This document shows, piece by piece, positions 24,236 to 36,209 of a stretch of 64,000 nt of DNA. Source of the DNA: Psammoneis japonica (lineage: Eukaryota); the NCBI GenBank assembly GCA_008632985.1, contig QPGO01000034.1:201311-265310 (forward strand). Direction: 5' to 3'. Position 1 is the stretch's first letter; the number at the start of each line of letters is the position of its first letter. The notes beneath the pieces were generated by a model. It did not search any database. It saw nothing but the letters and a program-made list of their open reading frames with translations, and had not been told where the DNA came from. A program made the translations under genes and the position numbers.

Positions 24236-26907
24236 TCATTCGTCCGGTAGCCACTCACTCACCGACGCCCCTCTCGTCATATCGAGTGGCGCTCCCAAAC
24301 TGATTCACAAAGAGAGAATGAAAGGAATCCTGTGAGGATAAATCTGAACATCAGATGGAACTTCCTACCAGAGGCCACTACGACCATACCTCTGTTGCCT
24401 ATCCGCGAGAGGTTCCAGAGGAATCTCTGCCATGAACGAGTCGACAGTACTATCATTGAAACAACGTACAAAACGACAACATCAACTTCTTAAGAACAGT
24501 TTCACTGCGCGAGTGGTAAATTCACAATAGAGGACACACCTTCCACGTCCTTCGGATGTAAGTGCCGCCGGCTTCGCCAACTCTGCACCTAAGTCTGACA
24601 GCAAACCCCCTACATCGGTTGAGGAGCTAAAATCATAGAGACGGGAAAATGAGAATTACGAAATATCTGACACTGGAACTATTCAACAGCAAGTGACTTA
24701 AGGCGTACCTTGTTCGCAATCTATCTCTCATGATCCCGTCAGATAGTGGGTCGTCATCCAGATCCAAAAGTGCTTCAATGGTACTACAAGGGACGAGCAA
24801 AGCGGGAAGATTATAAGACAACCTAATACCGACCGTGCAACTCTGAACGGCAGCTTCTACGACATACCTGGAGCGGGCGTTCACTTTCAATGGTTCTGGC
24901 TTCATAAACAAATCCATCGCGATGTTGTCCATAGTGCTATGATGACGGTTCACCAAGAGAATGAGTAACAATGCCAAAAAAGAAAAAGCGCAAGCTCCGC
25001 AGCTTCTAAGAACGAACAAGATACGTACCTATTTCTTTGATCGGCGGCCAAGGGTTTAGGCTTTGCTGCTTTGACATTGCCTAGCGTGCTCTGTTCCATT
25101 GAAGTGCTCAAGTTTCTGATTTCCTTGTCAGAATCAAACATTCCCTTTTCAACTTTGTCTGCTGGGAAAGCCGCTTTGAGACGGTTCGACGCAAGGCTGT
25201 TGTCGCGATTCAGTGCAGCACGCTTGACGCAGGTTCCCCTGAGATCGGGTTTTGTTTCAAAGTTCTCATTTTGATTCGAGGTAGCACGCTTGATTGTGCT
25301 AGGTCGACGAACATCTGAGCTAGCCGCACCATTATATTTCGTCTTTCGTGCTGACCTGGTCGGAGAAGGGTTCTTTGGTTTTGCCGATAGATCAGGTATG
25401 TCTCCAATCGCATCGGCAGCCTTTTCGTAATCATCGCTTTGCGCAGACCAGGTTTGGGCAATTGCAGGATCGACATTGTATGGTGAGGCAGGCTTTTGGT
25501 ATTCTTGACCAGATGAAGTTCGTTCCATTTGCATCTCCTCAGCAGAACGTCCCGACGAAGTCCGAGCGAATCCACCGCCACCTCCACTTGGGTATCGAGG
25601 AGATGCTTCATTGCTTGACCACGACGGCATGTGAGCTCCATGTTGCTGCGCCTGCGGAGGCATGTTGGGAGCATCGGCCCAGCTATAACCCGAGCTAGCC
25701 CTTTGTGCTTCGAAGCAGTCGGGTCCCATTGGCTGGCTGAGCGAGGCATTTCTCAGCTTGTTTCCTTGCAAACTGTGTTCACGTTGAATAGCCGTGTATG
25801 GCGGTGTGTAATCAGGAAGACCTGAGCCACCTGATCTATCATACGGATATTGACCATACGGCATGGGTTGTGGTGGCATCGGTTGCAACGGCATAGTCAT
25901 GGTCGAACCTCCCAAAGAACCCCAGCTCTCGTAGCGATTGCCTGAAAATTGCCTTTGTCTGTCATAAAAGTCAGGGGGCATGGGTGGACCGCCCTGACTC
26001 CCCACTCGCGGGGGATAACCCATGCTGGACGTGCTTCCCGTACGACTGCTTGGATAGCTCCCCGGAGGATGCCCACCCGAACTTGACGAGCTACTAATAG
26101 GCCCGCCTGGATAGCTTCCCGACACCTTTCTCTGACCGCCGTTGATATCATCAATTGGGTCCTCCCAAGAAAAGCCCTCTAGCGACACAGGCTCTCCCGG
26201 TGAGATGTATTCTCGTCCAAGACTGTGATCCCTCGCAAGAACAGCTCGAGGGGGACCAGCAGCATCCCCTGGTTTGGTGCCTTCGGCAAATCGTGTATTT
26301 TTCGCAGTCCCAGAAATCTGAATAGAGCGAGAAAAGAGATAGCATGTATATGATCAAACGTAAGAAAATAGCAGCGAAAATTGCATGGAGACGCTCACAA
26401 ACTAATACTAACTTTTTCCTGGTCGTCTCGTGACGCCGTCTCAACCATCCCCTCTTCTTGTTGTTTCCGAATCTGCGGTGCTTTCTCTCTCAGGGCCTGT
26501 GAAGTTTTTTCTCGTGCCTTTTTGTCCCCAACATCCTGCCACAGCCCTGTTTTCTCATCCAGCTTCAGAAAGCGTCCTGGTGGGTCCTGCCCTCTCCACT
26601 CTCGGATAATCTCCAATGCCACCAGAGGCTTGTCGAGGCGTTTGCTGTTGACGTAATCAAGCTTGCGGCCTTCGACCATTTTACGATAACGCTTGTTCCC
26701 CGGGTGATGATTTGTCCCTCCACCTCGACCATAGAGCACGTCATTTTCATGAGGTTCTTTGACATCACGAAGCGGCCAGTTCTCGGTCTTCTTTTTTGGG
26801 CTCTTTTCCTTTTCGTTTTCAGTCGCCGTCTCCTCTTCTTTGGGCTTTTCCTCGTCGGCTTTTGTTTTCTCTTTCGCCTCACTTTCTTCTTTCTGTGTCT
26901 CTGACAT
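24236..26907 (-). CDS. DUF6824-type domain protein, multi-exon (3' exons approximate)
   Basis: PHENDVLYGRGGGTNHHPGNKRYR..PPGRFLK..WQDVGDKKAREKTSQALRE, followed by a long low-complexity exon and several short 3' exons. Confidence 0.8.
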
Positions 26908-27129
26908 TTTCTATGTGTTATCTTTGTGCGACGTGTAATCGTGGCAAGCACCTCAGGGTTTTGTTGACTTCTTGTTCGAAGCTCTTCACACACCGCTCTC
27001 TCTGTTTGTGCGAAGTCGTCTGTTGTCGCTGTCGCAACATGCGTGCCAGTAGAGCGCTCAACGCACGCTTACATATCCTCCTACGGAGGTTCTCACGTAC
27101 GTAGAAGATGGTATAAGAGAATTAAGGTA

Positions 27130-27370
27130 GAACATGGTACGCTTTCTACCTAGGGCCTACGGTACATTGGTTCACAATTCCCGAATCCGGGTTCTATTTT
27201 AAGTCGTGTTTCTTAGCGCCGAAGGGAACACGCGGGATTTATTTGGATGTTGACCGCACACCGCACTACAGCACAAACCAATAAAACGCACACAGAACAC
27301 ACAACTACTTCTACTAGCTAGCTCAGTCTCTACTAGCTAGCTACTCTACTCTAGAGGCCCTACCGCATTT
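27130..27370. promoter_or_regulatory. CTA/TAG-rich island with TAGGGCCTACGGTAC and GAGGCCCTACC
   Basis: Lies upstream of the 26907 start; same motif family as other islands. Confidence 0.45.
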
Positions 27371-27586
27371 GTATGATACCGTGTTGTACGCAATCACTAA
27401 AAGTAGTCAATCAGAATAGCAGAATATATGAAAAGTGACAAGAAGGAAGAGAGCGCAACGAGCTTTTGTAGCGATACAGAAGAAGTCTGTCAGTGAACGA
27501 ACGGCATAGGTAAAACACCCTGGCATACAGTAGCTCTTCATTTCAACTCCTAGGTACTGCCTTCTCAGTCTACGACTACCAAGCTG

Positions 27587-28699
27587 CTAAAGGCCGGTTG
27601 TGAATGAGGGCTCATCGGTATCTGCATAATATAGTTCCGCATATAAAACATCAATGTCTCTCAGCCTTCCCTCCTCCGACAGTTGTCGAGCAGGAGCAAT
27701 GAATCCACTCAAGGTTGTCTGTTCCATTGAATTACTCAAGCGCCTCATTTCTCTGTCGCAGTTAAACCTCTCTTCGCCATGCGTGCTCTCCGTGTCGTCT
27801 TCTTCCCGTTCAATGCCATCACTTTCTGTGCGACCTTCTCGCTCGTCTCTAGAAGAAAATAGAGGCTTTGGTGTTGGATAACGCGGGGGTAGAATCAAGT
27901 GGGGAGCGACTTTTCCCTCCAAGTCCCTGTGCACGTCGTCCGTGTTAGTACAGGCTTGCCGCAAAGCGCCCTTCAGTGAATTCGATCTTTGGCTGTTGTC
28001 GCGGTTCAAGGCTGCGCGCTTGACCGATACTCCGTTTATCAGATCCCTCTTTGTTTCGATACTTTCGTTCTCATTTGATGTAGCTCGCTTCATTGGCTTT
28101 GGAGGCGGTGGCAATTCTGCCTGCTTGCGGCCTTCACCTCGCAAAGGTTCGTTGGAACAGGTCGGACTAGTCGCATTGTTTGTTTGCGGGGATGGGCGAA
28201 TTTCGATGCGACTTAGTATGGCTTGCTTTGTCAACGGAAGTCTAGCATCCTCTCTTAGCGCTTTGTGATCGGTCGTTTTCTCCTTTTGTTTTACGTGAGA
28301 TGGCATCGTCGAATGAGACTGTTTTGAATCCGACTCCTTTTGTTCCTGATGCGATTCCACCGCAGCACTCTTTTTCAAAAGCATCTCTGCACCTCCCTCT
28401 CGTAAAGCCTGTGACGTCTTCTTCTGGGCCAGTTTTTCTCCCAAGTCATGCCAAAGTTTTGTCTTTGCGTCTTGTTTCAGAAACCGCCCAGGAGGGTTCT
28501 GTTGCCTAATAATGCTCACGATTTCTGCCGCGACCTTTGGTTTGTCTTGTCTTTCGCTATTAAAATAATCAACTCTGCGTTCCGCAACTAGCTGTCGAAA
28601 TCTGATATTCCCAGCGTGATGATTTGTTCCACCTCCTCTTCCTGACAGAACGTCGTGTTCATGAGGAGTTTGGATATTGACGAGAGCTTGAGGCGACAT
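27587..28699 (-). CDS. DUF6824-type domain protein, intronless tandem paralogue (ORF open upstream to 28942)
   Basis: PHEHDVLSGRGGGTNHHAGNIRFR..PPGRFLK..KKTSQALRE; shares KRATSN..VKRAALNRDNS and LSxSMEQxTL with the neighbouring gene. Confidence 0.85.
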   Translation of the reverse strand: MSPQALVNIQTPHEHDVLSGRGGGTNHHAGNIRFRQLVAERRVDYFNSERQDKPKVAAEIVSIIRQQNPPGRFLKQDAKTKLWHDLGEKLAQKKTSQALREGGAEMLLKKSAAVESHQEQKESDSKQSHSTMPSHVKQKEKTTDHKALREDARLPLTKQAILSRIEIRPSPQTNNATSPTCSNEPLRGEGRKQAELPPPPKPMKRATSNENESIETKRDLINGVSVKRAALNRDNSQRSNSLKGALRQACTNTDDVHRDLEGKVAPHLILPPRYPTPKPLFSSRDEREGRTESDGIEREEDDTESTHGEERFNCDREMRRLSNSMEQTTLSGFIAPARQLSEEGRLRDIDVLYAELYYADTDEPSFTTGL

Positions 28700-29283
28700 G
28701 ATATTCTCACAACTTTGTTCTGAGCGCTCAGTATTGTACGGGTCTGCAACTGAAGCTTTGATTATCTGTCTGTTCCATGTACACGGGAAGCCTACACTGC
28801 TCCCCACCTTGGTCTCGTTGTTCTTCTCCGGTAAATAGACTGAATCTGCAGGCCGCCTGAGCAACCTTCTCTTTTTTCGCTCTTCTTCCGCGTTTCGCGT
28901 TCCTGTCTTCATGCGATCATCGCATGCATGCGATGCATGCATCGATGATGTTCACGCGCACGCAGTTGCTCTTCGCGTTTGTTTGGGGGGGACGACTCTG
29001 GACAGCTTCTGTCCAAAGAAGCTCTGTCCTACAGTGCGTTTGGGTGTTTTGGTAATACAATTTTCACGTACCTACGAGAAAGCGCACTGATTGACAGACT
29101 CTCACAGTACAGAAGCGGTAAGGTGTCCGTACATCAACCGTGCTCCCGTATTTTTCTTTTTTTTTTCTTTTTTGTGTCTGCCTGCCTGCATGGATCATTC
29201 GTCACTCAAAATACCTTAGATCTGATCCAAGTACAGTATCATCGTATTGTTCTCGATCTAAACCATTTATTGCAGTCGTTATC

Positions 29284-31360
29284 ATGTTGGGATATCGCTT
29301 TTCAATGGCGTTGATTGGGAGCATGCTAGCAACGACTCTTCTCCGAGCTCGAGCAACATGCGCCTTCGCCGGGGTTACTACTTGCTCCACTGTAGCGTTC
29401 GGGGTCAAGGCGTCAAGAAACACCGCGGCCTCGGCAATACAAAGCAGACAAAGACAACGTGTGGAATATTCTCGCCTGTTTGCAACCGCCAAATCTTTGG
29501 ATAAGAAAAGCGGCAAGAAAGAGAAACAAGAAGTTTGTCCAATTACACTGCTATCAGGATTTCTTGGGAGCGGCAAGACCACGGCTCTCAAGCATCTTTT
29601 GGAGAATACCGAGGGTTTTCGTGTTGGAGTCATTGTCAATGATGTTGCCAGTGTCAACATCGACGCCAAATTAGTTTCCTCTACCAACCAAGGCGCGATT
29701 GAGCTTCAGAATGGATGTGCGTGTTGCAGTCTTGCTGACGAACTGCTAACTTCGGTGCAACAACTACTCAATCGGAAGGATTCTCTTGATGCCGTTGTGG
29801 TGGAGTTGAGTGGCGTAGCTGATCCAGTAGCTGTCAAGTCGAACTGGAAAGAAGCCAAGGCGGTGAGTGGAAATTTCTGAATGTTCATTGTATCTAGTTG
29901 TAGGAGTTCCTTTCTCATTCGAGTTGCACACATCTCGTCAATCCCCCAGATGGGTCACCCAGCTACGAAAGTTGCGGACGTGAAGCGCATAGTGACCCTG
30001 GTTGATGCGTGTACTTTTGGAACAGATTGGATGACTTGGGATCAGGCAGGAGAGCGCAGAGGATGGGTAGATGAAGGAGACGATTGCTCGGCACAACGTC
30101 ACGTGCCAGAGTTACTGGCAGAGCAGGTCGAGGCCGCCAATCTCATCCTAGTCAACAAGGTAAGTTCATTTTTCCTCTTTTTGACTTTCTACTATGCACG
30201 GGATTGGAGTTTTCTGAAGGATTGCGCCATCGCTTTTGTCTCAGGCGGACTTGGCGGGATCTGAACAAGTGAAAGTGGCATCCTCGGTCGCTCGTGCCAT
30301 AAACGATAAGGCCGATTTGTTTGAAGTAGAGTTTGGGAAAGTCTCTCCCAACGACGTCCTTGGGTCAAAGATTGATATTGAAGTACACAACCATGATAGC
30401 GAGTGTGAAGACCCTGATTGCACCCATGAAAGCCATTCGCACTCGCACCACCATCACGACTCTGCTGCGGCGGAACCCAACGATGGCGCTTGTAATGACC
30501 CAGACTGCACAGATCCCAGCCACGATCACTCGCATTCACACGAACACAGCAGCACCGCCGCCGATCAGCTCGGGATTGACAGTTTTGTTTACAAGGCTAC
30601 GAAACCATTTAACCCGCCGCGAATCATGGCGTTGCTCAATAAATGGCCGGTTCCAATCAAAGAAGATTTGGACTTGGATTTATTGAAGGCCGCAAAGGAA
30701 GAAGAGTTTGATGACAAGATAATGGAGGAGAGCCCTTTTGTTGGAGTCTTACGAAGCAAGGTTGGTTCCATAGTCGTTTTCTTGTCCCTGCCATCGTTTT
30801 GCTGTGTCTCTGATTTATTGAGATTTTGGATGATGTTTTATCATAGGGGTTCTGTTGGTTTGCTCCTATCAACTGGAGCGGAAACAACAACGACGTCTGG
30901 CGGCACGATACTGCAATGTATTGGAGTCACGCAGGCAAACATTTCGGTACGTTATTTGAAACCAGAATATCCAATCCTTGTTGTTTTCGACCTGCTTCTC
31001 GATTCTTACCATATCGAATTGTACTGTTATGAAGGCATCTCAACTGCTGGTAAGTGGTGGGGCACAATATCTAAGGAAAAAATGAAAGAGTATTTCGTCT
31101 CTGCCCCGTCGGAGTATGAACGGATCATCAACGAGGACTTTGTTAGCGAAGAGTGGGGTGATCGTCGGCAGGAGCTTGTTTTCATCGGGGCTAATATTGA
31201 CCAAGACGCAATCATAGCTGCTTTGGACGATTGTTTGTTGACAGACGAAGAAATGGATCTGTACCGGCTGATGCTGCGCAACTACAATGATAGCACCTTT
31301 TCGGCAGAAGCTAATGGGCCGTCTTTGTTCGATGTTGGCGGAACCGATCACGTCGGATAA
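29284..31360 (+). CDS. CobW/COG0523 G3E metallochaperone GTPase with His-rich insert, multi-exon
   Basis: LLSGFLGSGKTT, IVNDVA, ELQNGCACC, VELSGVADP, NK|AD, His-rich linker, LRSKG, GDRRQELVFIG. Confidence 0.92.
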
Positions 31361-31484
31361 CGTTTGAACTTTTGTTACAATGGCTGCCGTAACGAGGAAT
31401 TTGATTCAATAAGAACGCAGAGAACGGAAAAGTAGGAAAGGTAACTTATGATTTTAATGAAATAATTTACATTGCCAAGGGTTT

Positions 31485-33268
31485 CTACTGGACGACGCAT
31501 TTCCCGGATCGACTTTTCTTGTATTTCTTGCTTCTGCTCTCAGATACGCTGGACAGAGACTCCAACTCGTCGTGACTGGAAGGGAACACTAGGCCCTCCG
31601 TTCCCCGCAAGGATTTGTCGTGTGGAATCGGCGGTAGCACCGACAGATTCAGTCGCACTTCGTCGCTAATGTCTGCTGAATCCATGAACCCAGAATGAGA
31701 TGACTGAGCGGATAAGCTCGACTGCCTCGAGAGCCTTTCTCTCGCAGCATGAATACTATCCTTTAGCATATCCCCTGCGTTCTTCAAAACCACAGCAGGG
31801 TTGATACTAGTTACCCGTTTGAGAGCCTTTGTGACGCAGAGAAACAGAACGAGCATAGAAAAGGCGTTAAGACTAAAAACAACGACAACTTCCCCCGCTT
31901 TACAACCTCTGCGTTTTGACAACTCACCGCTCGAATATCATCTTCACCAACAACCAGTTTCCTACGTTTGCTACTTTCAAATTCAATGCTGAGTTGCCGA
32001 ATTCGCTTCTCTCGGGCAAGTTGAAGAAATGGATGCTTGAGACAATCCCCAACGCCAGCTCGCAATGCCGGGTCTTTCTCCATTGTCATCTTCAACAAAT
32101 CAATCAAGGTACTTGACATTCCCATGCCTGAATAAGGTACATTTGCTTCGGCAATCAGATCAAACAAGTCTGTTGGGACGGTGGAGTAGAACGGCAATTT
32201 CCCGGTTACCAAGATGTAGAGACATACACCACAACTCCATATATCAGCCGAGTATCCACTAAAAGCTTTTGCTCCGATGCACATCTCGGGCGCCCAAAAA
32301 CACCAAGTACCTTCAGTTTTTGTAAGAATACCAGTGTCGTTCATCCCAGCCATCGACAATGCTGAGTCGGTGTCGAGTCTTGTCAATGTTTTGTTGTTCT
32401 CATGAGGTTCGCGGAAACTTCTACGCGCCCCAACGTCATTTTCGTCTTCAAAGAGGTGAGAAACCCCAAAATCACTGATTTTCACTATCCCTCTCGCATC
32501 AAGCAGAATATTCTCAGGCTTCAAATCGCGGTGGCAAATGTGGTGACGATGCAAGTATGCTAGACCGTGCAGGATATCAACAAAGTAAAGGGCGGCGTGC
32601 TCCTCATCAAAGTGACCATTTACGACGCCGTCAACTTCGGGAGTGCCTGGGCGCGGATTTTTTCTTCGGAACGTTCCATCATCTTGATACGTCAATATCT
32701 CCCCCAGAGGCATGTACTCAATCACCATGTAGAGTATATCAGATTCTGGCGAATCGATAACCTCATAGAGTGAAACCAGATTTGGATGCTGTAGCTGTTT
32801 CATCAAGGCGATTTCCCTCTCAACAGTTTCAAGGGCGGTGTGTACCTCAACTCGATGGGTTTTGGAGTCTCTTGACATCGTCCGCATCCGTTTCAGTATA
32901 CTTTTTTGGAATATTTTGACTGCGACGAGCTCTTCATCATCGCTGTCTGACGAACCGGAGTTCCATGTAAACAAACCGAGATTGCCGACGACTGAAGTTT
33001 TCTCCAGGGATGTGCTCGCCTTCTTTTTGGCAGACCCACCAAAGATATCAAAGTCGCTAGGTGCAGAAGCGCTCTTTTTTCGGTAGTAATCTTCGCCTCG
33101 GCGAATGCGCTTGTGAGATTCATCCTGGGGCTGCGGTGCTGGTCCACTACGTCGAGCGAGGCGAACCGTTCCGTACGCACCCGTCCCTAAAATGCCCTCA
33201 ACAAAGGTCAAATCTCCGACTCGAATTACATTTCCTTCACTGTCTATTTCTTCGTTAATATCCGGCAT
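31485..33268 (-). CDS. Ser/Thr protein kinase, CaMKK-like (one intron near 31830-31927)
   Basis: LGTGAYGTV, VAVK, REIALMKQLQHPNLV, HRDLKPEN, DFG, GTWCFWAPE, DIWSCG. Confidence 0.92.
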
Positions 33269-33659
33269 TGTAGTCGGACGCCTCTTGAGAAGAACCGCAG
33301 GTGTGCTGCAACAGGTATGATGTCTGAGTGTCTGAGTTTGACGTTCAATGATGACCCGTTCTGCTGCTTCCGGCTTGCGCTCCTTGTGAACATACAATCG
33401 GAAGTTGACGCCTTCCTCAGAAAGCACCAGAACGACGACACTTCCTTGCTGCTTCTGCCACTGTTAGTTGCTCCGGACTGCAGCGTGTTTGTTCAAAGAG
33501 TTTGGAGTGCAGCGGTTTGGGAGGTTGCAAGTTCGCGGTTCGCGAATTCGGCATTCGGTATCCATCACGCGCTTTTTACTCTGGGAGTGCGCCGGCGATA
33601 CCGTACAAGGTCATCAGATCACGAACCCGGCAACGGAAGGAAAATTTTAGGTATTGTAA

Positions 33660-33765
33660 CTTCCTAGGCTACTCGCTCTCTACTACTAGAGTGTAGCTAC
33701 TAGAGTAGAGGGCCTTACCATCATACCTTGAACCTGTGCTAGCTAGAGAGGGTATGGTAAGGCAA
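33660..33765. promoter_or_regulatory. CTA/TAG-rich island with AGGGCCTTACC upstream of the kinase
   Basis: Same motif family as other islands. Confidence 0.45.
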
Positions 33766-34056
33766 GACTGAACTAATCTATCCCTTAGCAGGCACTACTC
33801 CTTTACGGTGAGCTCATCACCATTTTTACAAAGAATTGATAGGATACATTGAGCCCCACTCGTTTGAGTTTCTTGAGGGAGTGACGAGATTCGGTCTTTT
33901 CTGCTCTCTGAGAGAGGAGAAACAAAAGTTAAAAGAGTAATCCTACTCTTCAAGACAGACCACTCTCTCTACTCAGCGGCGACGAGGATGACTATACCAT
34001 CCCAAAACATACAATTCGTGTCCAGCCGTGCTAGAGACTGTCATTACGATGATACT

Positions 34057-35826
34057 CTAGGGTCCTAAGCTGTCACTCTCGTGGGATGGCTTCTTTGTTG
34101 CGTCAAGTTTCGTCGCTGCCATTTCAAACGTCGCCGCCGTTGCCTCAGTCTCACTTTGCTCCCACCAACGCGCCACACCACAAAAAAGGCTAAGGTTGCA
34201 AAGCATCAAGAGGCCACAAATGTGCATTGCTGTCGCTCGGTTGATCAATCGAAACACACTTGAATACAATATTCCTCCAAAAAAGTCTCCTACGGCGGTG
34301 GTCAGAAGATAAATGGCCATGAGGAAGGCTTTCATGCTTGCCGGAGAATTGGAGTAAACAAAATCGTATCCAGTGACCGAAAGCAAGATTTCAGCAACCG
34401 CAAGAATAGTGATTTGCGGGAGTTGCCAAAAGATATCCACCTTGCTTTCGTCCCCGCGTTCTTCTTGAGCTTGTATTCGGCTTTCCAGGATCCCACTTAC
34501 AAAAAACGAGATTGCGCACAAGACCATACCCCAACTCATCCGCCGAATGTGAGACAAGCTGTAGCCTCGACGTTCTAGCGCTGGATAGATGCATCGATCA
34601 AAAAGGGGAATGAAAATCATGATTTCAACCGGATTGACAATGTTGAGCTGTTCTGGTTGCAGTCCATGCAATCCCATTCGTGACGCTTGCAACGTCCAAA
34701 CAGAGCCTTGCTGGTCGTAGAGCATCCAGAATATCGGAAGAAGTGCCAGAATTGGCAGGCAATGTAAAGCCTGTGTTGCATCTGCAAGCTGCGATGGATC
34801 CTCTGTAGGTGTCGCATCTATTTGAGCTCCGTCATCTTCGCTGCCGATTAAAACGTGTGCGTGCCGTACTCCAGGCGTGAACAACCTTGGGCAGTTCAAC
34901 TCAAGCCTCTCTCTCAGTAGTAACCCACACAATCGAAACGTGTTGACAAGAGACGATGATCCCTCTCCCGGAACGTGGTGGACGTACTCTTTGCGCTTGG
35001 ACAGAAATGCGCCAAGAGCGAGCAGCAAGAAAATGGTGGGCGCGAGGAACGCCGCGCCAAATCCAAAGTGGATCTTGATAATCGGAACGAAAAAGATGGA
35101 CGTCACCGCACCTACGTTTATGCAAAAATAGAAATAGGCAAAGAATGCCCTCACTTGATCCGCATTCTGTGGGTCGCTGGACGGAGTCGCGTCCACCGGC
35201 ATGAGCCCTTCATGTGCTAGTGCATCGTCCGTCACGCGCTCCGATAAAGTTTTTTCTTCAGAAGTCTCAACTGCATCTGCATTTGTATCTGCCTCTTTTT
35301 CTCCCATTCGAGCGCTATCGTAGTGCCTGCTATGAGCAACTTGGTCTGCTCCGAATGCACTGACGCATGGCTTTATGCCTCCCGTTCCAATGCAAACGAG
35401 GAAGAGACCAACAAAGGTACAGGTTCGTTTGAACGCTAAACTGTCGGAGGAAAACGCGCCGATAGTAAGGATAGTCAATCCTAATGCATAAAGCCATCCA
35501 AACCAGAGGATTGTTCTGTACCGCCCAAGTCTACCATCGGCCAGCAACGCCCCAAACAGCGGCGAGAAATATGCCAAACTGCTCACATACGCAAAAAGTG
35601 CGACTGCGGTCGAGTCGTCAAACTCCAGGGCGTGTTTAAAGTACAGCACCAGAATAGCACGGAAACCAAAGTAAGAAAACCTTTCGGCTGTTTCTGTAAA
35701 CAGAATGCAGCAAACAACTGTTGTCAAAAAGGAAGGGCGCACACCTGATGGCTCTGGCGCCGCGTTGTTGTTGGGCATTTTCTTCTGGACTACAAAAGTA
35801 TCTGGAGTGACTTGTCGGTTTCTCAT
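34057..35826 (-). CDS. Proton-dependent oligopeptide transporter (POT/PTR)
   Basis: ETAERFSYFG (ExxERF), GALLADGRLGRYRT, GTGGIKPCVSAFGADQ, FYFCINVG. Confidence 0.95.
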   Translation of the reverse strand: MRNRQVTPDTFVVQKKMPNNNAAPEPSGVRPSFLTTVVCCILFTETAERFSYFGFRAILVLYFKHALEFDDSTAVALFAYVSSLAYFSPLFGALLADGRLGRYRTILWFGWLYALGLTILTIGAFSSDSLAFKRTCTFVGLFLVCIGTGGIKPCVSAFGADQVAHSRHYDSARMGEKEADTNADAVETSEEKTLSERVTDDALAHEGLMPVDATPSSDPQNADQVRAFFAYFYFCINVGAVTSIFFVPIIKIHFGFGAAFLAPTIFLLLALGAFLSKRKEYVHHVPGEGSSSLVNTFRLCGLLLRERLELNCPRLFTPGVRHAHVLIGSEDDGAQIDATPTEDPSQLADATQALHCLPILALLPIFWMLYDQQGSVWTLQASRMGLHGLQPEQLNIVNPVEIMIFIPLFDRCIYPALERRGYSLSHIRRMSWGMVLCAISFFVSGILESRIQAQEERGDESKVDIFWQLPQITILAVAEILLSVTGYDFVYSNSPASMKAFLMAIYLLTTAVGDFFGGILYSSVFRLINRATAMHICGLLMLCNLSLFCGVARWWEQSETEATAATFEMAATKLDATKKPSHESDSLGP

Positions 35827-36209
35827 GTCAAACGCGACATTCTCACTCAGGGTTCGCTGCTGTCAGTTGTGATTCCAAGACCGGTGATTCGTCGGTGGCG
35901 CTAAGTTAAGTTGTTGACTCGCTGCGATCAAAGCGGCGCAGCGGTCATCGTCATCGTGTTCGCTAATTTCTAATTTCTTGAGCTTCTTTTCTGGTTTCTG
36001 ACTTTTTTCGGTCCGTGCGTTGGTCGTTTGGCTTGCGCGTCGGTCTGGCCACACAGATACTGTACCGTATGGGCAGACGGCAGGACACACATACAGATAC
36101 CGGTAGTACATCGTCCGTCTGTCTGTCCTAGGTCTGTCGGCGCCACCTCGCACTGAGCACCTCGTGATCCAAAAAAGCACCGCAGCACCGCACTTCCGAC
36201 GACTTCACC

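Noticed and set aside
28910..28950. ATGCAT/CGAT palindromic cluster
   Set aside because: Short, single and low-complexity; no supporting context.
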